A stretch of DNA of 64,000 bases from Fimicolochytrium jonesii (lineage: Eukaryota), in contig NW_026515670.1 in assembly GCF_025526975.1 (NCBI RefSeq), positions 1,240,001 through 1,304,000 on the forward strand, in the 5' to 3' direction. Below, in pieces: positions 27,493-38,412 of the stretch; the first letter of the stretch is position 1; each line of letters begins with the position of its first letter. A program made the position numbers and the translations under genes. The notes below the pieces were generated by a model. The model saw only the letters and a program-made list of their open reading frames with translations. It searched no databases and had not been told where the DNA came from.

Positions 27493-30435
27493 ATGGACCT
27501 CATGGCAAAAGTGAAGGCCCGGCTGGACAAGCTGGCCATTGCCCCTAACCGGTCTTCTGGAGCCGTCGCCTCGAACCTAATGACTAAGGTGAGCTACTGC
27601 AAGTGGGCATAGGATAGGGCTGCGGACCGCGGACGGCAAGTTGGGAGTAGCTTTGGAGGTGCTTGCTGTCCAACATGGCCGCAATTTGCTCAATACTTTC
27701 CACGAAGCGTTAACTCTAAACTCCAACTCTAATTGTCCTCCGTCATATATTAGTTCCAAACGTGCTGGGATAGGATACAAATGGAGCTAACGTTTGAGAG
27801 TCCCGTGACGAGGACTGTGGAGGACACTCATATACCCAATGCACTGCAACAAATGTTGGATATCTTACTAAAGGAGCAGCGTTTGGTGGAGAAGGGATTG
27901 GTGAGTGCCGCGAGCGAAGTGAGAGAATGCTTAAGGTTCCGAGCGATAGCGAGGAGAATGCTTGAGAAGCGTGCCGTAGGCACAGGAATGCTTGAGGTTT
28001 GCGAGCGACAGAGAAGCGCGAGCGGAGCGAGCCACATTGCGCCAAAAGCGCAATATTCCCTCACCGCATTTCTTCGCGAGCCTCAGCGAGCGTCAGATCT
28101 TTTGCGAGCGAAGCGAGCATAGCCACGCGGGCCAACCTCCTTGTCGCGAGCGGAGCGAGCAAGATGTCGTTTAACTATGCCTTCCATTAACCATCAACCA
28201 TCACTTCATTTCATCGTTCAAGGTGATGATGGTTGATGGAGTGATGGGATGATGGTTTAATGGGTTGGTGGTCGACTAATCAGCTTCCCCAAATCATTCA
28301 ACAGATCTCATCAAACTCCTGCGCCGAATTGTTCCTGAACACAAACGTCCTTGGCCAGCTCGTCGACATGTCGGCAGCAGACTCGCCGATAGGGTTTCGC
28401 AAGCATGTGATTCAAACCATCTCTTCTCTCATAGGCTTACTCGAGGGACAGAGCCTGTACCACAAATCTGTTAATGGAGCCATCACGGTGTTGATCAACG
28501 AGTCTTTGGGGCAGAGAAATCCGAAATATGAGGGAGAAATGCTGGAGGTTTGTATATGAAGAGGTCGTGAATGGTCAATGTCAGGAATATGCAACTAACG
28601 CCTTGTTCTCTCTTTAGCTCGAATCTAACATCGCGATCAAGGTGCAGGAGCTCCCTGCCCTACTCAACCTGTTCCTAAATCAGCACCGGCCTGCCACAAA
28701 AAACCTTGCCGCAGACAGCGAGCCACGGGCAACTATTGGCGGCATGGTTGGGGTGCTCAATAATGACCAGAAGAATTTCGACTTCCCTCTCTTTGATCAC
28801 CTGATGCGATACGTGAACAGCGAGGGCAGGCACGGAGACGTAGCTCGCACGTCTTGCTCTCTGCTTTTGAAAGCCGGTGCGGAGAACCCGGATCTGGAGG
28901 GATATGTCCGTCAAACGGACTTTGTGATCATACTCGTCGCGGGACTCGGCGGTCTCTTCTCGCAACTGCCTCCGCAACTGCCTTTTTCTGCACATACCAC
29001 GAGCCATAGTGGTCGGCAAGGCTATGCCTCAATCACCTTCTCACGGGACGTCGAATCGTTCTTGAACTTGATGCGTTTTACACAGTCCGTGGTGCTGCTG
29101 TGGGGACTCGAATCGGAGATCACTCAGTCCATATTGCGTGGGTTCGCAGACACGTTCTTAGGCCAAGCCGTGGGACCGCAGTTCATGACCGCTTCGGATT
29201 TTGATGGCACTGCGGAAGCCGTGCTTTACTATGTACGGCGGATGCTCAGCGCACTTGAACCCACCGAGCCAATCGCGGAGGTGTTGGTGGATTTCTTGTT
29301 GAACGACGACGACGACGCCCAAACCTCAAGAACGGATTCCCGCGATGCAGACGCTGATCAGAGTAGTCGAAATGACGTCAAGCTGCACGTTCGAGACGTT
29401 CTTCTTTCCAAGCTGAACTCCCTCTCCGAAAGCGTCGTGACAGAATCCCTGCGCCTGGTGGCTCTGCTCGTCTCTGCATACCCCGAGAAAGCCACACCGT
29501 TACTCATCGACGGACTTCGTCCTTCCAACATGCCCGCGGACGCACAACGCGCGCTTACACCCGAGCAACTATTTGAGGTCGTGAGACAGTGGATGGCGCT
29601 CTTAGGTGTGGGTGAAGGGTTCCAGGAGGAGAATTCTCTGGATGCGTATATGGAGGATGCCCAAGCTGCGGTCGCCGCTGCTACCGCCACGGCATCGAAA
29701 CCATCAAGCGGGGCGTCTTCACCTTCTTCACACGACTCACCACCATCCAAATCTCACGTCACCACCCCCCCGCAAAACCCATCCAAATCCAAACGACACA
29801 CCCACCACACCCCTCAACGCTACCCCTCCCCCACAACCCTCGACAGGGACGCAACCCTCCAAAAACTCCTCACGAAACTGTCCACCTTCTTCTCCCAATC
29901 TACACCCACCAACCTCGCCTTAACCGAGATTCTCTCCCGCCTCGCGGTCCGGGGGGATCTAGCGCCCTACCTGTTCGCCGCTGACCAGATCGCACATACT
30001 CCCCCCAGTGCCGTCACCGATGAAAGCCAACCCCCACTGTCAGCATCAACAACAACATCCTCCGCGGCGCCCCACCTCCGCCTCTCCCTCCAAACTATCC
30101 TCCGTCGCCTGCATAAAGAAGTTGCCATCGCTAAAACCGCCATGGGCCCACACCAATTCGAAACCAAACTCTCCGAAGCGCGCGAAAACCCTTCACCCTT
30201 ACACCACCTCCCGCCCCTCGACCACCACCACCGGCGCCGACGGCAGCGGACGGAGTCGAGGGAGGGCGTGGTGTGGGTTAATGGGGACATGGGGGGTGAT
30301 GACACTGAGAAGGCATTTTGGGACGATGTGTTTGTGAGGAATGTGGTTGTTTTGGAGGAGTTTGTGAAGGAGCTTGTGGCGGTTTTGCTTGTGAGTGGCG
30401 GGTTGGGGGGTACTGAGGTGGATTTTGTGGCGTAG
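27493..30435 (+). CDS. FHIP / FAM160 (RAI16-like) FTS-Hook interacting protein; exons about 27493-27588, 27754-27900, 28305-28547, 28618-30435
   Basis: Spliced MDLMAKVKARLDKL...|FQTCWDRIQ...LQQMLDILLKEQ|..CAELFLNTNVLGQLVDM; FPLFDHLMRYVNSEGRHGDVART; ILVAGLGGLFSQLP; FFSQSTPTNLALTEILSRLA; and the FAM160 C-terminal motif NVVVLEEFVKELVAVL. Confidence 0.85.
27909..28160 (+). repeat. Intronic array of short hairpin motifs (GCGAGC-GNA-GCGAGC type) interspersed with GAATGCTTRAG units
   Basis: GCGAGCGGAGCGAGC at 28018 and 28146, GCGAGCGAAGCGAGC at 28104, variants at 27910, 27939 and 28076, GTGCC-GTA-GGCAC at 27971, TTGCGC-CAAAA-GCGCAA at 28037, and GAATGCTT(A/G)AG three times between 27925 and 27996. 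Confidence 0.8.
28187..28260. repeat. Imperfect inverted repeat (CCATCA/TGATGG-based) bounded by TTAA
   Basis: TTAA-CCATCAACCATCACTTCAT...ATGGAGTGATGGGATGATGGT-TTAA. Confidence 0.6.
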
Positions 30436-30715
30436 TATTTTGTTTTGGGATTTTTTGTGAGGTTTTGAGGACGGTGTACTGTTGACGGTCTTATTCTTGA
30501 CTAGCCCGTATACTTTTGCCTCTTTCTTGTAATTTCTTTTTTTGACGTTTGCCTCTGAGCATGTAGATTTATTCTCCTCGTAGAGAGATTCGATGAAGAG
30601 ATACTGTTGGTTGTGTGTCTGCTGCAAACTACTGTATTTACCGTAAACTTTTTGACAACGCGCTGATGTGAACGTGTTGCTCGCTACCTACGCCGTCTCC
30701 TCACGTACTATGCAC

Positions 30716-31924
30716 TCATACACCCCACTCAAACCCAAACGACGTCACCATCCTCCACACCTCCCCCCTCCCCACAACCACCCCTTTTCTCCATTCCTCA
30801 AAATTCACCGCGTCAACCAACGCGGAAGTCTCAAAACATATCCCGGAATGCTTCCCATACACCGCGCCTTCCTGCGTACCCGGCTTCGTACCCGTGTATT
30901 TCCCATCGAGCCAGTTGGCCGTGTACAGCTGGAACCCCGGTGCGGTGGTGCTGATGTGCATGTGGAGTTCGGAGGTGGGGTGGTAGAGGTGGATTGTGGG
31001 TAGGGGGCGAGGAATGGGTGTGTCCGAGGCGGTGGCAGTAAAAACAGTCTGACGTGGGTGCTGGTGCTGACTGAGGAGGAAGAAATGATCATAACCTTTG
31101 AACCGCTCCACATGGTCCAGACCCTCCCTCAACCCCTCCCCCAATTTCTTGGGCTGGTTGAAATTGAACGCATCACCGGCGTCAGCGATGTTTAGGACCT
31201 TCCCCGTCGGCACCTGGGTATCATCCAACTCCAGCACGCCCTCTACAGACCCGCGATCCAATAGCAGCACATGGTCTTTAACCGTCGCCCCATCGGGGGT
31301 ACGGAACCCGGAGAGGTTGAAATAGCTGTGGTTGGTCAGATTCACCGCGGTTTCGGTCACGTCCGCTGGGCTGGACTCCGTCAGTTGCGCGGTGTAGGCC
31401 ATGCTTAGGCCGTGGGATTCCGTGATGGTGTACGTGACTGACACGGCTAGCTCGCCGGGGTACCCCTCCTCGCCATGTGGGGACGTGTATGTGAATCGCA
31501 CCGATGGAGGGGTCTGCGAGACAATGTCTCCCGTCCAGAACTTCTTGTCGAACCCTTCGATCCCGCCATGCAGCGAGTTAGGCCCATTGTTAACAGGCAA
31601 TGTGACCTGCCTCCCGTTCAGCGTACATTGCCCCCGTGTGACACGATTACACACGCGGCCGATGGTGGCCCCAAAATACGGGTACGAGTCGTCACGTTTG
31701 CCGTTGAGGAGGTAATCGGCGGGGTCCTCAAAGCCGAGGACAATGTCGTGGGTTTTGTTTGTTGTGGGGTTGTGGACGAGGAGATGGCTGAGGGTTGCGC
31801 CGTAGTTGAGGAAACGGGCGGTGAGGGTGCGGGTTGTGAGGGTGAATGTTTCGAAGGTGTGGGGGGAGCGGGTGAGGGTGGCGCGGGTTACGCCTGGGGC
31901 GCTGGCGGAGGGTTGGGTGGACAT
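30716..31924 (-). CDS. Aldose 1-epimerase (galactose mutarotase), intronless
   Basis: DIVLGF, YFGATIGRVCNR, NNGPNSLHGG, GEEGYPG, VNLTNHSYFNL, GYDHF, PGFQLYTANWL and GICFET motifs. Confidence 0.92.
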   Translation of the reverse strand: MSTQPSASAPGVTRATLTRSPHTFETFTLTTRTLTARFLNYGATLSHLLVHNPTTNKTHDIVLGFEDPADYLLNGKRDDSYPYFGATIGRVCNRVTRGQCTLNGRQVTLPVNNGPNSLHGGIEGFDKKFWTGDIVSQTPPSVRFTYTSPHGEEGYPGELAVSVTYTITESHGLSMAYTAQLTESSPADVTETAVNLTNHSYFNLSGFRTPDGATVKDHVLLLDRGSVEGVLELDDTQVPTGKVLNIADAGDAFNFNQPKKLGEGLREGLDHVERFKGYDHFFLLSQHQHPRQTVFTATASDTPIPRPLPTIHLYHPTSELHMHISTTAPGFQLYTANWLDGKYTGTKPGTQEGAVYGKHSGICFETSALVDAVNFEEWRKGVVVGRGEVWRMVTSFGFEWGV

Positions 31925-33194
31925 CGTCTGCTGAGGTGGTCGTGGGTTGTTGTCGGTGGGGAATGAGTGTTGATGGCGAAGAGGATGCCAGAGAAAGAGG
32001 TGTGACGTTTGCCGCCGCTTTGTTGGCCGCTTGGAGGGGACTCAGGGGAGGTGCCCGCCGATGTGTGATGACGAGATTGCTTACGCAAGCAGGTCTCGAC
32101 GCGTAAATCACGCGTTACTCGGGACCTTTGCGTTTCGTGCCTCTCACCCACTACCTGCCACTCTTTACTTCAGATGGCCTTGCCTGGAGACCGTAGCACT
32201 TGGACGTGCAAGAGACGCCATTCCGCTCGGAGGAGAGTGAGAGGTGCCACTGCCAAGCCACCCCGAGTGACCAACGATGACTTTCTCGCTCCGGAACAAA
32301 ACATTGTACCTCCGGCATCCAGTCCCCTGAAAATGGGCAGCAACCCAAACGCAGGCACTCACAAGCGGATGGTGCACCGCAAGTATGTTGATGCAACAGT
32401 GAACCACCGGGCACTTTTCTGTTGATACTTGGAAGGGTTCCACAGTGCAACTTCATTCGCAGACTAGCTGCTCTGCTTCTGCTTTTGGAGATTGTACGCC
32501 ATCCCCCCAAATTTGAGTGACGACATACTTGAAATACAGTACATCTCAGCAAGCATTGCGCTCCGTGTCAAGCAAATTCCAGTCGCTCCTTGCTCCCCTT
32601 CTTCCGTGGTGACAAACAAAGCGCCATGAGATCTCAACCGTGGATACCTTGGAGTCGGGGGGTTATCTTGTTAATCAGGGGTACATTCAGCCGAGTCAGG
32701 ATTGGGGGCTAGGTTTCCAGTGTCTTCTCCACCACATGAAGTCAGTCACCAACCGCACGAATCCACCATAGACACTTGTGCTTGCAAGGTCCAGGGTTGA
32801 TTCCTCTAGCAACTCCCCAGCTATGGTATGGCAAGCAGTCAACACCATTTCCCAGTTTATTGGCGAAATTTGGGGCAGGTGATATACCTTAGTGAAACCA
32901 ATGGTGTCATTTGCTTCACTCTCGCAGATGCTCTGTAGCTTTCCATAAAGCTGGTCACCTTGCGGCACACAGATATTGACACCCTGCTATTGGGCAAGGA
33001 TGAAGGACGGTATGCCGACGGAATAAGAGAGGCATATTGCAGGTGGGAGACAAATGCACGCAAAGGACTACTTCCTTGATACTCCCTGGTTGCTGGCAGA
33101 TGGCGGCAACATGCGGAATCTGGTGCAGAATCTGATGCGGAGTCTGGAGTAGTGAGCGAGGAGCAACGAGATCCCGGCAGGAGGGCAACCGAGC

Positions 33195-33560
33195 ATGTCC
33201 AAGATTGAGAGATATGCGCTGACAAGAGACATCCTGTGTCTGCCTTCTCATCTCTCAACGGAGGTTACGGTGGTCTTCTCTCATCTCTCAAGCCGTAGCA
33301 CCATTTGTATGCCATACTCGGGATACACAAAATACCACTCGCCCCGACAGTCGGCTTCCTCCTCTGTACAACCCATCCCTTCCTGATGTGTCGCGATCCA
33401 TGTGGACAAGGGCCTGGTGGGTGCTGGTGACGAAGACGAGGGGGTACCGAAGGCATGTTGTTGAATGTGCAATGTGCAGCGGTCAGGATACAGTCCACCG
33501 CATGCAAGTTGTGTGCTTTTGCATCTGCGTGGCGAAGTGGTTAGCAGGGACAAACTTCGC
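33195..33560 (-). pseudogene. Possible decayed TET/JBP-like 2OG-Fe(II) dioxygenase fragment
   Basis: In order across a frameshift and in-frame TGA stops: KFVPANHFATQ, LVFVTSTHQALVHMDRD (HxD, 33404-33390), GEWYFVYPEYGIQMVLR and RMSLVSAY. The second His is missing. Confidence 0.35.
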
Positions 33561-33887
33561 ATTCCGACTGGATGGGACCGGCGGGGAATCTGGCATGTCT
33601 GCAAGGACGGCAACCGAGTGCGGAAATCTCCCCTTGCGCTGGCCTGCCAACCTCTATCTTATCGCCCCACTCAGACTCCCTGTTAGTGTGCAGCCCGTCA
33701 GGAAATCTGCCACGTCTGGAAGAGAGCGAGCGAAAACCGTCGACCTCACTCAGTTCATTTATTTTCCTGGCTTGTCTGACAAAGGTAGGCAAAGCGCTTC
33801 GAGTTAAAGCTATACCGTGTCCAAATTCCATATCACCACCCTACAAGAAGCTCCCACGGCATAACATCACATCGCACCATCGCCGTT

Positions 33888-36800
33888 TCACTCTAATAGG
33901 CAAGCCGAGCAATACCATCGTTTCTTCGCAGCAGGCTTCTTTGTCATTCCGACACAGTCCATGTGATACCATTTCGTTTGACACTGCTGCGATTTTATGA
34001 AGGCGCGTGAACCACAAAGTCAGATTCCACGCCGCCATTGGCTTTCAAACATTCCACATCGCGTCGATTGCATGTGACTTACCGTGCTATCGCATTGGAT
34101 CATCGTTCCGAAGGATTCCTGCGAGACGGATGAAGGATGGGCTCAGTACATCATCCCTCGCAGTGGAGACGTGAGCCTGGACGCGTCAACACGTACGCGC
34201 CGACATAAACAAAACAACTCGACAGGTTCCGGTGATGCGGTCGATTCGTCGCCAATGCGCTGTTCATTCGTACTTGCGGGTGCGATGGCGTTTGTGATTT
34301 CGGGGACGTTCATATCGTTTGTCCTGGTGTCATCGGCGCTGCTTATGATTTCCGAAAGGAACATCCTACGTCAGGCTGTGAGTAAGTCCACACGATCAGC
34401 AACAGCACTCACCTTGTTACGCCGCCCCAAGCACCCTCGAATCTCGACGCTACCATATTCAGAATCATCAAACGCGCATTGTAAACAACCCTCAAAGCCG
34501 TCGAACTTTCACTCCTTACCAGCATCCAAACACCTCGAGACCAGCTGCGCAGCAACCCGACTAACCGAGAACCTCGCCTGGCCAACGTAGTCTTCGAGTT
34601 TCACGCATATTGTGAATGCGTAAGAGGAGTATTCCGGGGGCGTGCGTATGAGAGAATCTTCCAGAAGGGCGTTACAGAGGGTTATGAGGTTCTCTGTTAG
34701 GACGAGAGATAATTCCCGTGTGAGATGTTGAATACGGATGAGACCTATTCGGTAAGCGTAGTCAGCCAATGCACTTACCTGAGACGTATCCTTCGACATC
34801 TCGCGCACTATCCACATCCACCAGCTTGTCCAGTCCATGCAAGAAGTAATACGACATATGCAACGCATTCCCCGCCGCACAATCCGCGCTCCCGTCATCC
34901 GCCCGTAACACCCTTCTCCACAGCTTGCATTCTCTCTCACTCCCAGCTGCAGGTTGTGTGCTGCGTCCATCGTCAGATTTATCCTCGTCCGTTCTGAATA
35001 CCGCAGGAAGCCCCGGCAGTATGCCGCGCATGATCTCCGCCAGCGCAACGCAGTGCCGTGTGTATGCTAGGATCATGATCGGGACTAACGCCGGTTGGGC
35101 GGCGCAGAAGTCGAGCACGATGCTGTTCAATTCTTGACAGAGAGTCGTGCGGTGGTCCTCTAGTGTGCCGTTTTCGGGGCTAACAGTCACGGCATCAACT
35201 TCATCGGCGATGGTGGTATTGCTGCTGCCTGTGCTCAGCCGGCGGCGCTGAGAGGGCGGCTCCTTGGGTTCTGCAGCCCCTGTCGGTGAGCGTCGCTTAG
35301 TACCTGTTGAAGGACCCTCCTGAGACCGCGCCAAGATATCGTTCATTACTGATCCCGCGATACACAGCGAGTCAAGAATGTCTCGTAGGAACAGCGAAAA
35401 TATGATGATGAGCTCGTCGCGCACGCCTGGCAGCAGATGATCGCATGTTGTCAAGCCTGGAAAAGAAAACATGATAAGCTGGCGAAGTAACACACAGTTG
35501 CGCTTTAAACGATGAGGCAATACCCAAGATGTTCAAGGCAAGCGGGCTCAATCCCTCAAGACATTTGCGCAACTCTCCTGATATTGAAGAAGCCTGCTCC
35601 ACTTCCTTTGGGACGTCGTCCTTTGAGGACAGCGCTTGCAAACGATCAATGTGCAGATGTACCTCGGCCGATAAGTGTTTCAACACTTTTGCAGCCGTTA
35701 AGCTGATGATAGCTCCTTCTCGTCGTTCGTCGCCGCCATCGGTCACTGAGGATGAGGGTTCCTGACTGTCGCACGAGACGAGGAATCTCCTCACGAGTTC
35801 TAGGAATCGCACTTGCCTCTGCATGTGTTTTGATCCGTCGGGGAAGGGCGTCAACACTGACAACGACGGTATTGTCATTTGGAAATTGCTTGGGGATTAG
35901 GCTTCCACATCATGTCCGTACACAAAACTTACACTCTTTCGCGACCTTTCCGGCTTTACTCTTGAGGTATGTCAGAGGGGCGTTGCACGATGGCTTGACG
36001 CCGGGGTGCTCCTTCAGCTTCGCATGTAATGCTTTCACCTCTTCAATCCACCCATATATAAGCGATAACTCAGCACATTTCCGCACTCCAGCTCTGCCAA
36101 AATGTCGGCATAAATGCCCGCTTACCCATCTGACTCTGACAAAGCTTCTCCTTCGCTTCTTCCAGTTTCTCTCTCAAATCAGCAATCTGCACCTCCATCT
36201 CCGCCTCCTTTCGGAGCGTCCGCCGATCTCGCGTTGCGTTCATGTCGCGTAGGAGCCGGTCGGGCGCGCCGCCGGTTTGCAGCGTGCGACACACTTCTTT
36301 CGTTAGAGGTGCGGTCGCGAGGGAGCGGGCGGTTTGTGCGATCTGGCCCATTTGCGCGTCCAAGCAGTTTGGTTGGGCGAGCATGTCCACATAATCTGGT
36401 GGTGATGGTGAGAAGCTTATAAGGCACAGTCCAACCTAACCCAACGTCTGTGCTCATCTCAAACTCTCATACCCAGTACGCCTACATCATCCGGTTTCAG
36501 CTTTGCTACCGCAAGAAGCTGAGAACAAGTACAGTAAGAAGACATTCAAAGGCTCTTCCGAGTCATAAGGGCCAACTTTACCAAAGCGGTATGCAGCATT
36601 CCTTGTGATATTTGCGCCATAGTTGCTGCCTTGACCCTCAAGGGTCCAAGCAGCCCTTGCTTTTCGAGAGGAGTTTGAAGCTGAACCCGATAGCGAGCCT
36701 CGTTCAGCAGTCCCTAGTGTGCTTGCTGGCGTTACTTGGTATATGCAGTCCTCGCAGCGTCCCAGATAAAAGTATCCTGCGAAGAGTAGTGCTGAGCTTT

Positions 36801-37059
36801 GATGAAGTTCGAGGTGCCTTCCCAAAGCAGCGGGCGGTCTTTTCGCCGGGAACGCGTGCTGACGTAAGTCGGGGTTTTTCAAATCGACAGCACCAGACTT
36901 CCGAATTACACATTCTCTGGCGGAGGTTTGCTGCTCTCTCTTCATTCCTCCAAATTCAGAATGCCAAGCAAAAAAATATCCAGTTATTCCACTCTCCTTG
37001 ATCCCTCCGTGAGGCTGTTCCGTGCTTGTGGAGAAGAGGAAACGGCTTTTTCTCAACAT
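33888..37059 (-). CDS. Multi-exon uncharacterised protein with a coiled-coil segment and C-terminal ING-type PHD finger (5' end uncertain)
   Basis: A chain of in-phase GT-AG-joined exons links ORFs 36070-36390, 35372-35878, 34762-35520 and 34143-34364. The last three exons splice to ELFCLCRR|ESFGTMIQCDST|QCQTKWYHMDCVGMTKKPAAKKRWYCSACLLE* (C4HC3). Stop at 33890-33888. Confidence 0.7.
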
Positions 37060-37513
37060 GGGGGAAAGGGGTTGGACGGAAGCTGCGTCATTCAGTTGCA
37101 GCTCCAGCCGTCAATTGGAGCGTTCCCGCTTCGGGTCTCGTGAGGACGACAGTCACAAGCCCCGCCAACTCACGCTGTGAAGCATTTTGGCGTTAAGCTT
37201 TAGCGAAAGACCACGCGGTAAAATCATGACCCCTTTCGGAGGACTGGGGCCTAGGCTTTGGCTTTCCCTCCTCGATGAAATACGTACCTTCGCCAAATTG
37301 AAGACGTCATCACCGAAGCTGTCCTCGACCTTGTTTGCTGGTCTTGCACGCATTGAAAGCGCAGGGATATAAAGGAGCAAACCGTTCCAGCGCCCAAGCG
37401 TCGTTTTCACAAACAACAAGAAAGTTGCATACCATATTCACCATCAAAACACCGTCGAAAAATCCACACAGTCATTCAACGATTTCATCAGTACATCCTC
37501 ATCCTGATCAAGC

Positions 37514-38412
37514 ATGAGTTCCGATAACTTGCTTTCCCCTAAAGCCGCCGAAATCACTGCCCGCTTAACGGACCCGAAAGGATACACGGTAGGTGGTAGG
37601 ATGTAATGTTCGCGCAAAGATTTCTTGGCGCGAGATGAATGCATGAGTTCGGGTGGACATCTTCCAAGTCTTGATTACTGACGGATGCATGCTGTCAACA
37701 GGGTACCCACAAGCAGCGCTTCGATGAGGAGGGGCATGGTCGTGGTATGGCAGGTATGTACCTCGCGTTTAGCACAGGCTGAATACTTGCCACGCATCCA
37801 CGTTGTACTAACGACTGATTCGCATCGTAGGCCGGAAAGACCTGGTCGATTTTGACGGCAACACGACCTCGACGCACCGTAAGCACAGTCCGTATGGAAG
37901 CGATAACGATTTGAGGGAGCGTATCGATGTATGTTATGGCCCGCATGCAATCATACTACTAAATTGCACGCATCCTGATCATAAACACTCTTCTGCTCTT
38001 CATTTTCTTCCAGAACGAGAAGCCTATCGTGCGCTCACGGTCTCGCGAGTCCGACATTGGCGTCACGGCGCGCAAGATCAAAATCTACGAGTATGCTGAG
38101 AAGCACTCGACGGGCGAGGATCTGGTGCTGAACAAGACGTACTCGAGCATGGATAAGGTAAGTGAACATTCCTTGCTTTTGAAATTAAGCACGGTAGCCA
38201 CCATTACTAAACCACTATGTTGTCCACCACAGCTCAAGGAACACACAGCAACGCTGATCCCTCCAGGCTTGCCCAAGCTGCTCGTTGACCAAAGTCTCCA
38301 TGAAGTGCGCAACCTGGATGATTTCGAGAACGGAGGAAAGTACCTGGCTCTGACGCCTCATGACCGCGCTCATTTCAGTGAGGAGAGAGTGCCGACTGCC
38401 TTCAGAGAGTGA
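37514..38412 (+). CDS. Apicortin (partial p25alpha/TPPP domain plus DCX domain), 182 aa; exons 37514-37588, 37702-37753, 37831-37928, 38014-38157, 38233-38412
   Basis: Spliced RLTDPKGYT|GTHKQRFDEEGHGRGMA|GR matches the p25alpha C-terminal motif with GxGxGxxGR. It is followed by doublecortin-like ARKIKIYE...TGEDLVLNKTYSSMDK|LKE...EVRNLDDFENGGKYLAL. All introns are GT-AG and in phase. TATAAA at 37368. Confidence 0.88.

Noticed and set aside
27090..27539. N-terminal 150 aa of the 533-aa minus ORF 25938-27539
   Set aside because: It overlaps the FHIP first exon and the shared promoter. The ATG at 27089 gives a more plausible presequence.
32064..32175. GTGATGA box C-like motif (C/D snoRNA candidate)
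   Set aside because: No suitably placed CTGA box D or terminal stem.
32174..32425. ORF MALPGDRSTWTCKRR...
   Set aside because: No recognisable domain and no consistent downstream exon chain.
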